Source of the DNA: Octopus sinensis
Taxonomy: Eukaryota
Length of the DNA: 64,000 nucleotides
Reading direction: 5' to 3'
Assembly: GCF_006345805.1 (NCBI RefSeq)
Contig: NC_042997.1
Coordinates: forward strand, 12,028,001 to 12,092,000
Shown here: piece by piece, positions 26,297 through 39,458 of the stretch
How the letters are laid out: the number at the start of each line of letters is the position of its first letter
Position numbering within the stretch: position 1 is the stretch's first letter
Notes under the pieces: generated by a model
Databases searched by the model: none
Told to the model about the DNA's origin: nothing
The model's input: only the letters and a program-made list of their open reading frames with translations
Position numbers and translations under genes: made by a program

Positions 26297-26494
26297 CATA
26301 TATATATGCGCACATATGTATATATATATATATATATATATACGTGCATGCATACATATATATTTGTTACTATATGCAAACATAAGTTTGTTGCTCGATG
26401 TGCATGTGTGTGTGTGAGTGTTTACTCATATATATATGCACACACAAATACATACACAGACACTCATATAGGCACACACGTATGCATACATACA

Positions 26495-26567
<73 letters not shown>

Positions 26568-26570
26568 TAT
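25950..26570. repeat. (TA)n-rich compound microsatellite
   Basis: Directly visible. Confidence 0.9.
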
Positions 26571-27303
26571 TTCATTCACTTTCAGTAGTCGGTATTACTT
26601 CCTGTAGGCGTCAGTACGCACATTCTTTACTTGGAAAACTTGCGAGAGTCAAGGCGCCGAATGTGTTACTGCAGCGTCTTGCCGTGGGATAACTCTGCCG
26701 AACGATATTGTTGACTGTTGTTACTGAACTACTGACAGGTGCCCCGCGGTTAGCTTCGGTACATATTTTCGTTTCGTTTCTCCACGCTTCCAATTTCGGC
26801 ACTGCTAGACTAATCCAATCAAGTCGCTAAAACATAAAGAAACAATAACAGACCGTAAGCGTAAAACGAATTCTCAAGGTTCTCCAGCCTAAAGACAGGA
26901 TTATGGTGTCTTAGATTTTACGCACGCCGCCGAGGAAGGCTTTTAATTAAGAAATTCGAGCATTTTTGCCTTAAACAACTTGAAGTAAGACCAGTTCTTC
27001 GTCTTTTCCTCCCCCTCTTTTTTTGTTCTTGATGTTCACCTCCTCTTACCCCTTCTCCCCACTTCACCACTGCTGCCATCACCAACGCCACCTCCATTAT
27101 CATCATCATCATTACCATCATCCTCATAATCATGTTCTTTATGTTTTTGATTTTCTTCATCCTCATCGTCATCATCATCATAATTCCTCTCTCCCACTCC
27201 TCCTCCCATCCCTCTCCCCTCCTCTTCATCGTCATCATCTTTTTCTTTTTCTTCTTTCACTTTTTCTCGTTCTCTTTCTAGCCTTTCATTAAGTTCTAAA
27301 CAT

Positions 27304-27307
27304 TTGA

Positions 27308-27382
<75 letters not shown>

Positions 27383-27400
27383 TCTGTTGCTGCTGCTTCT
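27304..27400. repeat. (TAC)n grading into (TGC)n
   Basis: Directly visible. Confidence 0.95.
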
Positions 27401-27637
27401 GTGTTGCTGCTGTTACTATCACTTGTACAATTAATCCTTGTATATATAGTTCATTGCGAGCCAATTTGGTCACTCGACTAATCAGAGATAATAGTTAAAT
27501 TCCCTCATATTACTCCTGTCTTCTTAATAAAGTAAAAACGCACTGGATAATGTAGATGTGATGATCATGACTGGAACGCCTTTCATTTGTTTCCACTCGA
27601 TTCACTCTGACTAGGTCACTATTATTATGCATGTCGG

Positions 27638-27775
27638 TAAGGCAGCGAGCTGGCAGAAACTTAAGCACGGTGGACAGAGTGGTTAGTAGTATTTCGCCCG
27701 TCGCTACGTTCTGCGTTCGAATTTCAGCGAGGTCAACTTTTCCTTTCATCCTTTCGGAGTCATCTACCGGTTTCC
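27638..27775 (+). mobile_element. SINE family A, 3'-truncated
   Basis: AAGGCAGCGAGCTGGCAGAA head through CATCCTTTCGG. Confidence 0.8.
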
Positions 27776-28222
27776 GTCCCTTCCTATCCTGCGCTCTTCT
27801 CCTATCTCCTCTCTTTGCTTCTTATTTTTCCACACCCCTCTCTTTCGCTTTTCTTTCTTCTCGGTCTCAGACTCAACTATTCTTTTCTTTTGCAGAAAAT
27901 TACCAAAAGAAAAAAAAAATCTGTATCATATCAATCTCTCAGATTTTCACAGTTAGTTATGCATAAATTTGCACACAGATGAGTGCATGTGTGTGTGTGT
28001 GTGTGCGCGTGTGTGTGTGTGTGTGTGTGCGTGCACGTGCGAACACGCTTGTGGTATTCGCATTTGTGTGTCTTTGAGTGCGACGATGAGTGTATGTATA
28101 TTGAATATTAATTTGATTAATATCAATTTAAAACCAGTGGTCTAGCATATTGAAAAATCTGAAGATTCAGAAAAATTATATTACATGCATATAAGAGGGA
28201 TGTCCACTTAGTGATCATCCCT

Positions 28223-28254
<32 letters not shown>

Positions 28255-28271
<17 letters not shown>

Positions 28272-28626
28272 GGCAGTTTATCTGTGTGTGTTTCTGTGTG
28301 TCTGTTTTCTTGTACCCTCACTCTGACCACGGCTTTCAACCGATTCTGATGAAACTTGACACACACATAGCCCAATGTCATAATTCAAAACTAACGAAGC
28401 GAAAATTTTGAAAAGTTCCCCCAGTTCTGAAAAAGATCGATAAATTCGACATGGGGTCGAGAATCAGAAACACAAACCACAGATTGTCTAGGGGACGCAA
28501 CTCGACCTTTTTAACTAAAAAAAAAATTTACCATCATTTTTTCCCCATTTTTTGGCTATAACACTCTAAAAATGCTTTATAGTTATTTCCCTTACAAACC
28601 CGAGCAATGCCGGGCGATACTGCAAG
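28255..28626 (+). mobile_element. Non-autonomous Helitron, different internal sequence
   Basis: Shares the last ~65 bp with 13590-14093 but ends CAAG rather than CTAG. Confidence 0.7.
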
Positions 28627-28740
28627 TATATATATATAGTTAATCCAAACATGAAAATACAAAGAGAAAACACAACAACGCGAGAAGGTGGAGCAAGTAT
28701 AGTGTTACTGGACGCTCAGGAAAGGAAAGAAAGAAGGAGG

Positions 28741-28775
28741 ATTTAACGTTTCGAGCGAGGCTCATCGTCAGAACC
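28741..28775 (-). ncRNA. Minimal hammerhead ribozyme-like motif
   Basis: Minus strand: ggtt CTGACGA t gagc-ctc-gctc GAAACGTT aaat. Lies in a repeat (28640-28860) also present at 52600-52810. Confidence 0.6.
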
Positions 28776-29588
28776 ATAGGAAAAGGAAAGATCCAAGGAA
28801 GGGAAGACGGAGGGAAAAAAATCGCGAACGGTATACACGCGGTCACATTTTGAACATACATACATCTATGACACAAAGTCATTTTATTCAATACGAGTAG
28901 AAATATAGCAAAAAAAAAAAAAGGTTGAAAATGAATGCACTGGGATTTGTTTAGCTTTTTTGAATAATTTTTTAAAGACTTAACTCGTTTTATATATATC
29001 TCTGATCATCAAAAGTTAAGCGAGAAAGACGTTAAGCAATGCTACATCTGTCTTGCTTCTGACTGGAATTCAAAAACTTTTCCTGTTTTTGGAGTGAGAA
29101 CATGGCTCAAATTACTATATGTTTTGGATACGTTTTGACTGGTCGAGGATTATCACTTAATCAGGTTTTAGAAATTTTTGTAAGTTCTCCGTTACGTCCG
29201 TTCTTTAATGTCATATCACAATATGTTTGGCGACGTTAGCTAAAGCTGTCACAGCTGAGTGGCAATTACTAGCAGTCGGGGCTGGCTGAATTTTATCTGT
29301 GTAAGGTGGATGGAAATCCCGTGATTAGTAGTAATTTTAGAAACTTTTGTAGGTTCCCCACTATGTCTGTGTATTAATGTGACTATTTTTTGCGCCGAAA
29401 ATCCAGGCTGACGCGATTAAATGAACATGTTTAGTGACAGTTGCAAAATAAAGTTCTCTAAATTTAATTTATTGAATATTAGTGTGGGCAGGAATTGTTT
29501 TTGTGTAGTTAAGTGGTTGAAGAGTTATGATTTGTGTTCATGTAGACAGGCATCGCATTTGGCTACGAAATTTCTTTTTTCTAACCAT

Positions 29589-29758
29589 GCACAAGAGTGG
29601 CTGTGTGGTAAGTAGCTTGCTAAACAACCACATGGTTCCGGGTTCAGTCCCACTGCGTGGCATCTTGGGCAAGTGTCTTCTGCTATAGCCCCGGGCCGAC
29701 CAATGCCTTGTGAGTGGATATGGTAGACGGAAACTGAAAGAAGCCTGTCGTATATATG

Positions 29759-29791
<33 letters not shown>

Positions 29792-29993
29792 TTGTGTGTC
29801 TGTATTTGTCTCCCTAGCATTGCTTGACAACCGATGCTGGTGTGTTTACGTCCCCGTCACTTAGCGGTTCGGCAAAAGAGACTGATAGAATAAGTACTGG
29901 GCTTACAAAGAATAAGTCCCGGGGTCGATTTGCTCGACTAAAGGCGGTGCTCCAGCATGGCCGCAGTCAAATGACTGAAACAAGTAAAAGAGT
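29589..29993 (+). mobile_element. SINE family B, well preserved
   Basis: Complete head, internal TA/TG tract and CAAGTAAAAGAG tail. Confidence 0.95.
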
Positions 29994-30499
29994 ATGCAGC
30001 ACATGTATATGAAGAATCTTCCAGTTAGCTTCATATGTTGGAAGGGTAATTTTCCCATATAAACATACTGGTTCAAATTCATTTCTTTTTATTATTATCA
30101 CTTAAGCAGTTAAGTAATTAAAGAATTAAGTAATCGATTGCTTATTGATCTTAATAATAAATCATTTGGTTTTACTGTCTTTACGTTGCCATTCGCGGCG
30201 GCATTTATGACATACTCCCATTGCTCAATGTTTTTCGCGATGGATACACCGTCACAGAACTGGGGAAATTATTTTATTATTTAATTAGATTGCTAGATGA
30301 CTAACGATAGGAAAGAGAATAAAAATACGTCTGATATGTGCATTTTTATTGACAAAATATTCCCTCCCCAAGATATCACACATATTATACATACATACAA
30401 ACATACATAGGTACATATATATGTATGTAGTTTGTGTGTGGTGTGTGGTGTGTGTGTGTGTGTGTGTATATGTGTGTGTATGTGTGCGTGTTATATCTT

Positions 30500-30720
30500 G
30501 TGGGAGGGCGCGTGCGTGCCTCTGTGTCTGTGTTTGTCAACAACCACCGCTTGACAACCAGTGTTTGTTTGTTTACGTCCCTGTAAATTAGCGGTCCGGC
30601 AAAAAGACCGATAGCATAAGTACCAGGCTGTTAAAAAATGTTCTGCGGTCGATTCGTTCAACTAGAAGCTCTTCAAGACAGTGCCCTGGCATGACCGCAG
30701 TCTAAATGACTGAAAAAAAA
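30500..30720 (+). mobile_element. SINE family B, 3' half
   Basis: CCGCTTGACAACC..TAAGTACCAGG..ATGACTGAAA. Confidence 0.75.
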
Positions 30721-32454
30721 AATGAGAAAGAAAAGATAAATAAATGTATATACATATATATGTTATTTTGTGTTAACGTTTTATGTCTATACATAAATTG
30801 ATGATAAATGACTAATATATGACTACCTTATATAATATAATTTAGCTGGCAAGGTTTACCTGATGTAGTTTTCAATTTAGAAGATTTTATATTGTGTATG
30901 TATGAATGTTTATATGCATAAAATCAATTATTTATTCATATTTCAATAATACATTACATCATTTACATATTTACCCAAAATTATCTATTTAATTCTTTAA
31001 TCAACTGTGACTGATACTTACTTTGATGTATTAACGAACTGCAACCCTTGGATACACTATATAGCTTTAATAACATATAATGACTAATATTTCTCGCGTT
31101 CGATAACATATGTATTAAAATATTGCAAGGCAAACGCAAAATAATGCGTAAATAATACAAGTCCCTTCACCACCTCTAAATTGTACATACATAATTCATT
31201 CGCAGACGTTATACTGCAACTCACTCAGTCATGTGTGTATATTACACAACAGTAATATGTTGATTAGACAGAAGAACAGTATTTGTTATTCTTATTTTTA
31301 TTACTATATGTAATTCATGATTCAGAGTACTTGGAATATTCCAGTATATTCCAGTAAGATTTTCAAGCTAGTTATTTTGATGATAAATTACGCTATGTCA
31401 AATCAATAAATATACTTTCTTTCTTACATATGAACACATAAACATACTCGCCATCATACACACGTAGACAAATAATCGTGCGCATGCCTGAACACACGTA
31501 CGCGCATATGTAATTGAGACATCTCACAGCTCATGCCCGCAATGCGATGTTGTTCTTGACCTCAAGAGATATACGATTTGTTTACCTCATAAGATATAAT
31601 TAGAGAAGTGAGTTCGCTTGGAGAGAGATACTAGACATAATTACAATCTATTACAAGCAATATCAAAGATAAAATCTTCACCAATGCAATAATGTTACCA
31701 TATTGCCCGGTAACTCTTACATTTAACATTGATAAAATGATAGAAACTTTTATTAAACAATGATTTGCAATAATAACTAAAATCTGTTCGTTTTATTAGA
31801 GCCCACAAGTAAAGCTTACACAAAAGTTTTGCAATGTAACATTTCGATAAAGTCTTCATCATTGCCTTTGACATAAAAGAAACGAGTCGACACTGTCTGG
31901 CTTCATAAATACTTCGGCATACCTATCAATGGGTTATGTTTATCCCTTCCGACATACATTAGAAAGAATATTGTCAATTCTTTCTAAGAAACCATATATC
32001 TTTTGTGGCTATTTTTGCCCCAATGCTATGAGCTCCAATGTGCTGAGCGACATATTTGTGACCTCTATTCTCTGTTTTAATTTTCTATGTTAAGCGCATC
32101 TAACTTTCTCACTCTTATGAAAATAGCTTTCTTCCACACGCAACCGTAGCATCCCAAGATAAGCATGAGCAGAAATCACAAAGGAGATATAAATGCCTCG
32201 ACTCATTCAACAGTCTGAAATAATATTGTGTTTTGTTAAGTCAAACAAGTAAACAGATGCGTTTGAAATAAGCTTCGTCACTATTATAAATATTTAAAAG
32301 AGCTTCAGAATATACTGATTCCTAAGCAAATGGGAAAAATACAGAATTATATGCAAAACGTACAAGCAGGCACACACACCACAAACGGACAAGCAGGCAT
32401 ACACAACACGTGTATAAACTATACAAATTCTATATAGATATATGCATATATATA

Positions 32455-32505
<51 letters not shown>

Positions 32506-32600
32506 AAATGGATATAATAACAATGGGAAACTCGTGGTTTTCGCTGGTATGTTTTTAATTTAATTAGATAACAAAAAAGGAAGAAGTAGAGATGAAGGTA

Positions 32601-32651
32601 GCATTTACGATCGTTTCAATTTACTGGTTTAAGTAAATCTCTTTAGAATGC
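32601..32651 (-). ncRNA. Minimal hammerhead-like motif (G5A core change) inside a foldback
   Basis: Minus strand: gcatt CTAAAGA gatttac-ttaaacca-gtaaatt GAAAC GATC GTA aatgc. Flanked by ~47-bp inverted repeats at 32503-32549 and 32747-32793. Confidence 0.6.
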
Positions 32652-33499
32652 GAATATAGATAGATGCATCGGTCAGGATGCGAAAATAATTGATACATAT
32701 GTGATGATAATATAAACAAAGGTAGTATGTCTTACATTAAATTATAACCAGCGAAACCACAAGTTCCCCCATTGTTATTATATCCATTTTCTTCTCCTAT
32801 ATAACCTAAACTATGGTTTACCAACCGAACCACCTGCTCCCGTACAACCTTACAAAAGACTGTACCTACCCAGGTAATAACCAGGAGCGATTTTGGATTT
32901 AATTATCCCTTAGAGGCATTAAACCTGTTTAACTGATACCTACACTATATATATATATATATATATAATATATATATATGTAACAAAAGAGTGGGAGGTG
33001 ATTCCATGCAGAAAAACGTATAGGAATATGTGTTGTTGAAAATACACTTAAATTTCAAAAACGCGTAAATGTTTAAAATACATTTATTTACATATATACC
33101 AAACTAGTTACAACAATAATTTTTCTTTATCAATGGTAAAAGTTTCAAATTAGAAAAAAAAAAGGATCTTTGAAAGTTTCAATGTTGACAAATTAAAATG
33201 TTTCAAAGTTGATAAATTAACATGTTCAAAACAGAAGGTATAAGTTTGTATGTTCATAGCAGTCAATAAAATTAAAACTGTATATCAATTTGTTTGAATG
33301 TACAAAGTTCATTAGTTTTAGTGGTGGTCGGCAAGTCATACTGATTTTAATCTGTCAACATTGAAACTCTTAAAGATGATTTTCTAATTTTAAACTCTTA
33401 CCATTGATAAACAAAAAAATATTGCTGAAGCTAGTTTGGTATATATGTAGATAAATGTATTTTAATCATTTTCGAGTTTTTGAAATTTAGGTACATTTT

Positions 33500-33837
33500 C
33501 AACAAAACTTTTTCCTACATATATATATATACATATATATGTGTGTGTGTGTGTGTTTGATATAAATACGCGTATATGTATACGTATGTAAGTATTATAT
33601 ATATATGGATATGTATGTTTATAATATATATGTATACGTATGTATGAATTATATATGTATATATATGTATATATGTATATGTATATATATGTATATATAT
33701 ATATATGCATATATACATATATATATGTATGTATACATATATATGTAAACATATATTTATATATATATGTATATATATGCATATATATATATGCATATAT
33801 ATATATGTATATATTTATATATATATGTATATACATG

Positions 33838-33889
<52 letters not shown>

Positions 33890-33905
33890 CATACATATAT
33901 ATATG
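33500..33905. repeat. (TA)n/(TATG)n array
   Basis: Directly visible. Confidence 0.9.
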
Positions 33906-34087
33906 AGCTTCCACATAGTTTCCGTCTAACAAATTCGCTCACAAGACAGTGGTCGTTCCGGGGCTGCATTGAAAGCCTCACTTGTCCACAGTGGCACACT
34001 GTGGGACTGAATCTGAATCTGGTTGCAGAGTGAGGTACTTAACCATACATCCATCGTTCTCCTCTCTCTCTCTCTCTTTATATCTGT

Positions 34088-34156
<69 letters not shown>

Positions 34157-35167
34157 CATCTATTTATCTAGCATCTATTTCTGTGTATATGTGTGCGTGT
34201 GTATGTGTGTTTGTTTGTGTGTGTGTATGTATATATATACATACGTATATAAATGTATGCAGGTGTGTATGTATGACTGTGTGTGCATTCCATAATATAT
34301 ACACAAACACAATGCGAATAGGGAAAAGTCGCTATATAAAAAACGTGATTTGTCAAACAGTTCATCAGATATGCCCAAATCGTTCTTTAAGCTGAAGCCA
34401 TAGTCATCAATACATCCTTTTTATTCTAGAAATATAAAAAACATAACACGTTCAGCACTTCTATCCAATCTTTAACAAATTCATTAATCTCCTTCCTTAT
34501 TCACCGCCTGCTAGATTTTATACATTTCTGTATTGCCGAGGTCACTGTGGTTTCTTTAACATATTTTCCTTATAATGTTCTTCATAAGCATATTTAATAT
34601 TAATTTTTTCAACGAATTTCTTTCAAGCCTCCAAATTAATTATATATTAAATTTCATAGCAACAATCTTTATAAATTTTAAAAGGGTGAATTTAATATAA
34701 TTTTTATAAATATCAATAAAGATCTTGCAAATTCTTTGGTTCCCAAGTATGAAATTTCTACCGAGCTACTGTTAAGCTTGAACTGAATACCTGCCTCAAA
34801 TCGGTGAGTATATATCGAAGCTTCATTATTCCTCGGATCAGTCGCCTGAGGATCGGAATTGAGGAACATTCAATACTGATTCTCTCAAGTTCTAATTTTA
34901 ATAAATATTATTCGAAAGTATTTTACAATATTGATTGCTTTCTTACTAATTGGCATTCTTAACTATACTTATACCACCAACCATTATATGTATATATATA
35001 TATATATTATATATATATATATATAATATATATATATATTATATATAATATATATATATATATATTGTTGTTTATATATATATAACTGAATATTTGCTTG
35101 TATTTCTTATATAAAATATAGTGTTTGCATCTCTATATTATCTATCTACCTATCTCTCATTTTTTTT

Positions 35168-35204
<37 letters not shown>

Positions 35205-36169
35205 TTCTATCTATATGTACGTATATATACATAGATATAGAGAAAAACACACAAGTAAGCATGCGCACACACTCATACACACACATTGCACGTTTTCCTA
35301 TTTGATACTACTGCTTTAGGTTTCGGAATATTTTAATTACTTTTTGTTTGCTTTTTAGTTTGTGTTCTTGATCACTCACATTCACTGTTTTTTTTTTTTT
35401 TATTTTTTATTTTTTTTTTACTCAGATCGTGAAACCTTCAAACCTTCCTTTCCTTTATATTATTACATTTCGCCCTATGTTAAATACAATATAAGAAAGA
35501 AGAATTATGAGAAGAAAAAAAAAACTGAAAGAAAGTGAATAAAGAATAAAAAGAAAAAAAAAACAAGCAAGATATAAAAACTTCATTGCCAATTAAAATA
35601 GAAACTACGAAATTTTAAACGGAACAATACATTGTACTCTTAAACATAATGGTACTACTACTCGTAGCTTTTTAGCCCCTCAAACGTTTACTGCCTCAAC
35701 CCTTAGGTGATTTACCAAGTTCGTCTATAATTTTTCTTCTCATTGTGATGATGGTTAAATCGATGAAGCAGACCTCGGTTGATTATTGTATTCTTAATAA
35801 AACGGCTGTCGGTGCCAATGGCTTTCAAACAATGAGAAAAGTGAGAGCAATGTGGGTGAATGTCAGGGAGTGGAGGGAGGGAGAGAATAAGAGCAAGCGG
35901 TTAAAATTGGGTAAAAAGTAAAATGCAATTCATTAACCCGCCCCTTAATGCACTAACATTCCCTTTAGTTTGTCGTGATAAAAGGGTTAAATACATTTCT
36001 TAAATCAAGTACAGAATCGAATATTTTGCCAGTAAGTGGGGGGAAAACGGCACAGTTTGTTCCATCATATCAATTCTCTCTAATGCGAACGACCCTAAAC
36101 ATGTAAATACAACAAAAGACAACTATAATCAAATATACACTCATTATATTAATAGACAACAACAAAAAC

Positions 36170-36586
36170 TTTTCTACTAGAGGCACAAAGCCTGAAATTT
36201 GTGGGAAGGGGACTGGTCGAATATGCTGACTCCAGTATTTCACTGGTATTTAATTTATCGACTCCGAAAGGATGAAAGGCGAAGTCGACCTCGGTGGAAT
36301 TTGAACTCAGAATATAGCATTTCGCCGGGTGTGCTAACGATTCAGTCAGCTCATCGCATTAAAGCAACAAAAACTATAATCCTTTCTATTATAGGCACAA
36401 GACCCGTAGATTTGGGGGAGGGGATTAGTCGATTACATCGACCCCAGAATCTCACTGGTACTTCATTTATCTACCTCGAAAGTAAAGTCGACCTCGGCGG
36501 ACTTTGAACTCAGGGCGTAGCGACGGGCCAAATACCGCTAGGCATTTAGCCCGACGTACTTATGAGTCTGTCAGCTCACCGCCTTA
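36170..36586 (-). mobile_element. Two tandem SINE family A copies, tail type 2
   Basis: 36170-36362 and 36380-36586 are both reverse-complement homologues of 22210-22420. Confidence 0.75.
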
Positions 36587-38292
36587 GCAAAAAACAAAAC
36601 AAAAAACAACAAACAAACAAAAAACTATAATAATAATCTAGAAATATAACAAATAGAATCCTCACTTAACAATGCTTAATTGGTAAGAGACGTCCCCAAT
36701 TGCCTCCGAAATATTTCTGTTTACCAGAAATCTTCGAAATGACAGCAACATAGTTCACAGAACGAGCAACATAGAAACCGGATATTGTTACACAAAAAGC
36801 GTTAAATGTAATTTAAAAATTAGCTGATATGAAACAGTTTTAAACCCGGTGATGATGATTTTGACACTTACACAGATCATTCTTCGGTTAACTTGCAGCC
36901 CTATAAAAGCAGCAAACACGCACTACAATCAATGCTTCATTTAGAAAATGCGGCCGAGAATGTCTTTAAGCGTGAATGTGTTTATAAAAGTTATTTTCCA
37001 AATTAGACACTAAAGACTAATAAGAAATTATGAAAGATTATTTACGAAAAAGTTAAAAGTGCATCACAAGCATGTCTCATTATATAACGCGCGCACACAT
37101 TCACTAATATATCATGGATGTTTATATGTACATATAAAAATGTGTTAATATGTATACATCCACTGTGTATTAGTGTGAGTGCGTATGTGTCTGCGTGCAT
37201 GCGTATATCTATTCAGGAGAGAGGGAAAGAAACAGTTTGAGACATTGTTCAAAAGCTATATACTTAATTTATATAATGTGTAACTCAATAGTAGATAGTT
37301 TAGGAAATGGCACTAATTACAATTCAAAGAATGCTATCATTAGTGACGAATAAATAAGACAATTAATTTCACGCTACATGAAACAAAATTTATTCATCAC
37401 CAAACACAAAATTAAGTGTTAGATCGCTTGTTTATACCCTTTTGTCATATATCTCTGTTGGCTGTTTCTTTTTACTTTAATATAATCACATACAGCCTAC
37501 ATTAATTTCAAAGCACAACACCTACAGGACACGTATTACACATAGGTGTAGATACTATTCGATAATGGGACTATTGAGAATTAGACACTTAAAGTACTAA
37601 ATACCGTTAGTAAATAAGTAAGAAAAATACAACTAGAAACTATAAGATCCAATACTACATCTGCTTACAATATAATCATCATGCAGCTAACGCCACAAAC
37701 TGTATTCAAATTATAGGCACCCATATAAGCTCTCTACAACTGTTAGGCCTCATGTATCCTATGTAAATATGTCCACAGCCCATACATTGGGGTTTTTCAA
37801 AGCCTCGAATTGTTTCAGTTTTGGTATATTCGTTGAGATATTTGGAAAAGCACAGTTGTAGAAAACATAAAAATTTGGGACTACATACGTAAGGAAGATA
37901 ACCGAACACCAGTGAAAACTTTCTCAGTACCAGCAACATTTCTGTTCACATATCCATGTTAGTTCTTATTTACGTTACGCCAGGCATGGCTCCTCGAAGT
38001 TACTTAACTAAATGTATAATACTACATTCTAAATACTCCATATGCACACTCGTCACTTCTCATTACACCTATAAAGATTCACATGCACACTTTGAATTTT
38101 GACCAATCTTTCAATCACAGAATTGCAAGCGTCTAGAACAAACTCTTACACACATTTTTCTTAGAGATTTCGAAACATCGACAAGTAGAGATAAAAGATA
38201 AATGCCAAGTGCCTCTCTCATAAATCTGTAAAGGCTTGGATGATCTATAAGAAACGATACTCGGTCTTAGTATGAATAAAGACAAATGAAAT

Positions 38293-38658
38293 GCATGGGT
38301 GTGTGGTTGAGAAACTTGCTTTGCGACCACATGGATTTGGATTTAGTTTCACTGTGGGGCACTTAGGCCAGGTGTCATCTACTATAGCCCCAGGGTGACC
38401 AACACCTTGTGTAGGGATTTGGTATATGGAAACTGTATGGAAGCCCGTCGTATATATATTGTGTTTGTGTTTAACTCCACTGCTTTACGACTGCTTCGTT
38501 TACCTCCCCGTTATATAGCGGTTCAGCAAAAGAAACCGATAGAATGAATACTAGATTTTAAGTACTGGGTTTAATTTGTTAGACTAAACCCCTTAAGACG
38601 CTGCCTCATCATAGCCGCAGTCCAATGACTGAAACAAGTAAAAGATAGAGATAAAAGA
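38293..38658 (+). mobile_element. SINE family B, diverged
   Basis: Recognisable head, middle and ATGACTGAAACAAGTAAAAGA tail. Confidence 0.8.
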
Positions 38659-39109
38659 CCACATTTGTATACGACTTTAGTGAACACCTTATATAAAATT
38701 CGCACTTTTAAATAGTAAATCACTTCACTTACAGCAGTTTTCTCTTTTTCACCCTTTCACCATCACCCAACATTCTCTCCTCCTCCTCCTTTTCCTCCTC
38801 CTCCTCCTCCTCCTCCTCCTCCTCCTCCTCCTCTCTTTTTGCTTTAATCTCCCTATGTCACTCTTGTATCACTTTTTTTCTCCCTATCCCTTGATCGCAT
38901 TGTCTTTCAGTTTGAAAATGAATATTACATTGTAGGTTCGTTATTGTTGATAAGACTGTAATATTAGTAAAGTAGGAAATTTACAAAGGATCTGATAATC
39001 ATACAAAATCTATGGAAAGACGTTAATACACAACCTTATCCTATACAATACACACTCATATATAATCCTATAATCATACACACGTACTCTAACACACCGA
39101 CGAGCACGC

Positions 39110-39146
39110 ACATACATACACACATGACATATATATATATATACAA

Positions 39147-39193
<47 letters not shown>

Positions 39194-39223
39194 TTATACA
39201 TATATATATACATATATATATAC

Positions 39224-39267
<44 letters not shown>

Positions 39268-39280
39268 CATATATATATAC

Positions 39281-39350
<70 letters not shown>

Positions 39351-39403
39351 CATATACATATACATATATATATACATATACATACATATATACATATACA
39401 TAC

Positions 39404-39455
<52 letters not shown>
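39110..39455. repeat. (TA)n/(CATA)n array
   Basis: Directly visible. Confidence 0.95.

Positions 39456-39458
<3 letters not shown>

Noticed and set aside
26918-27400. Acidic, His-rich and poly-Tyr/Cys ORFs
   Set aside because: They come from low-complexity (CAT)n, purine tracts and (TAC)n/(TGC)n.
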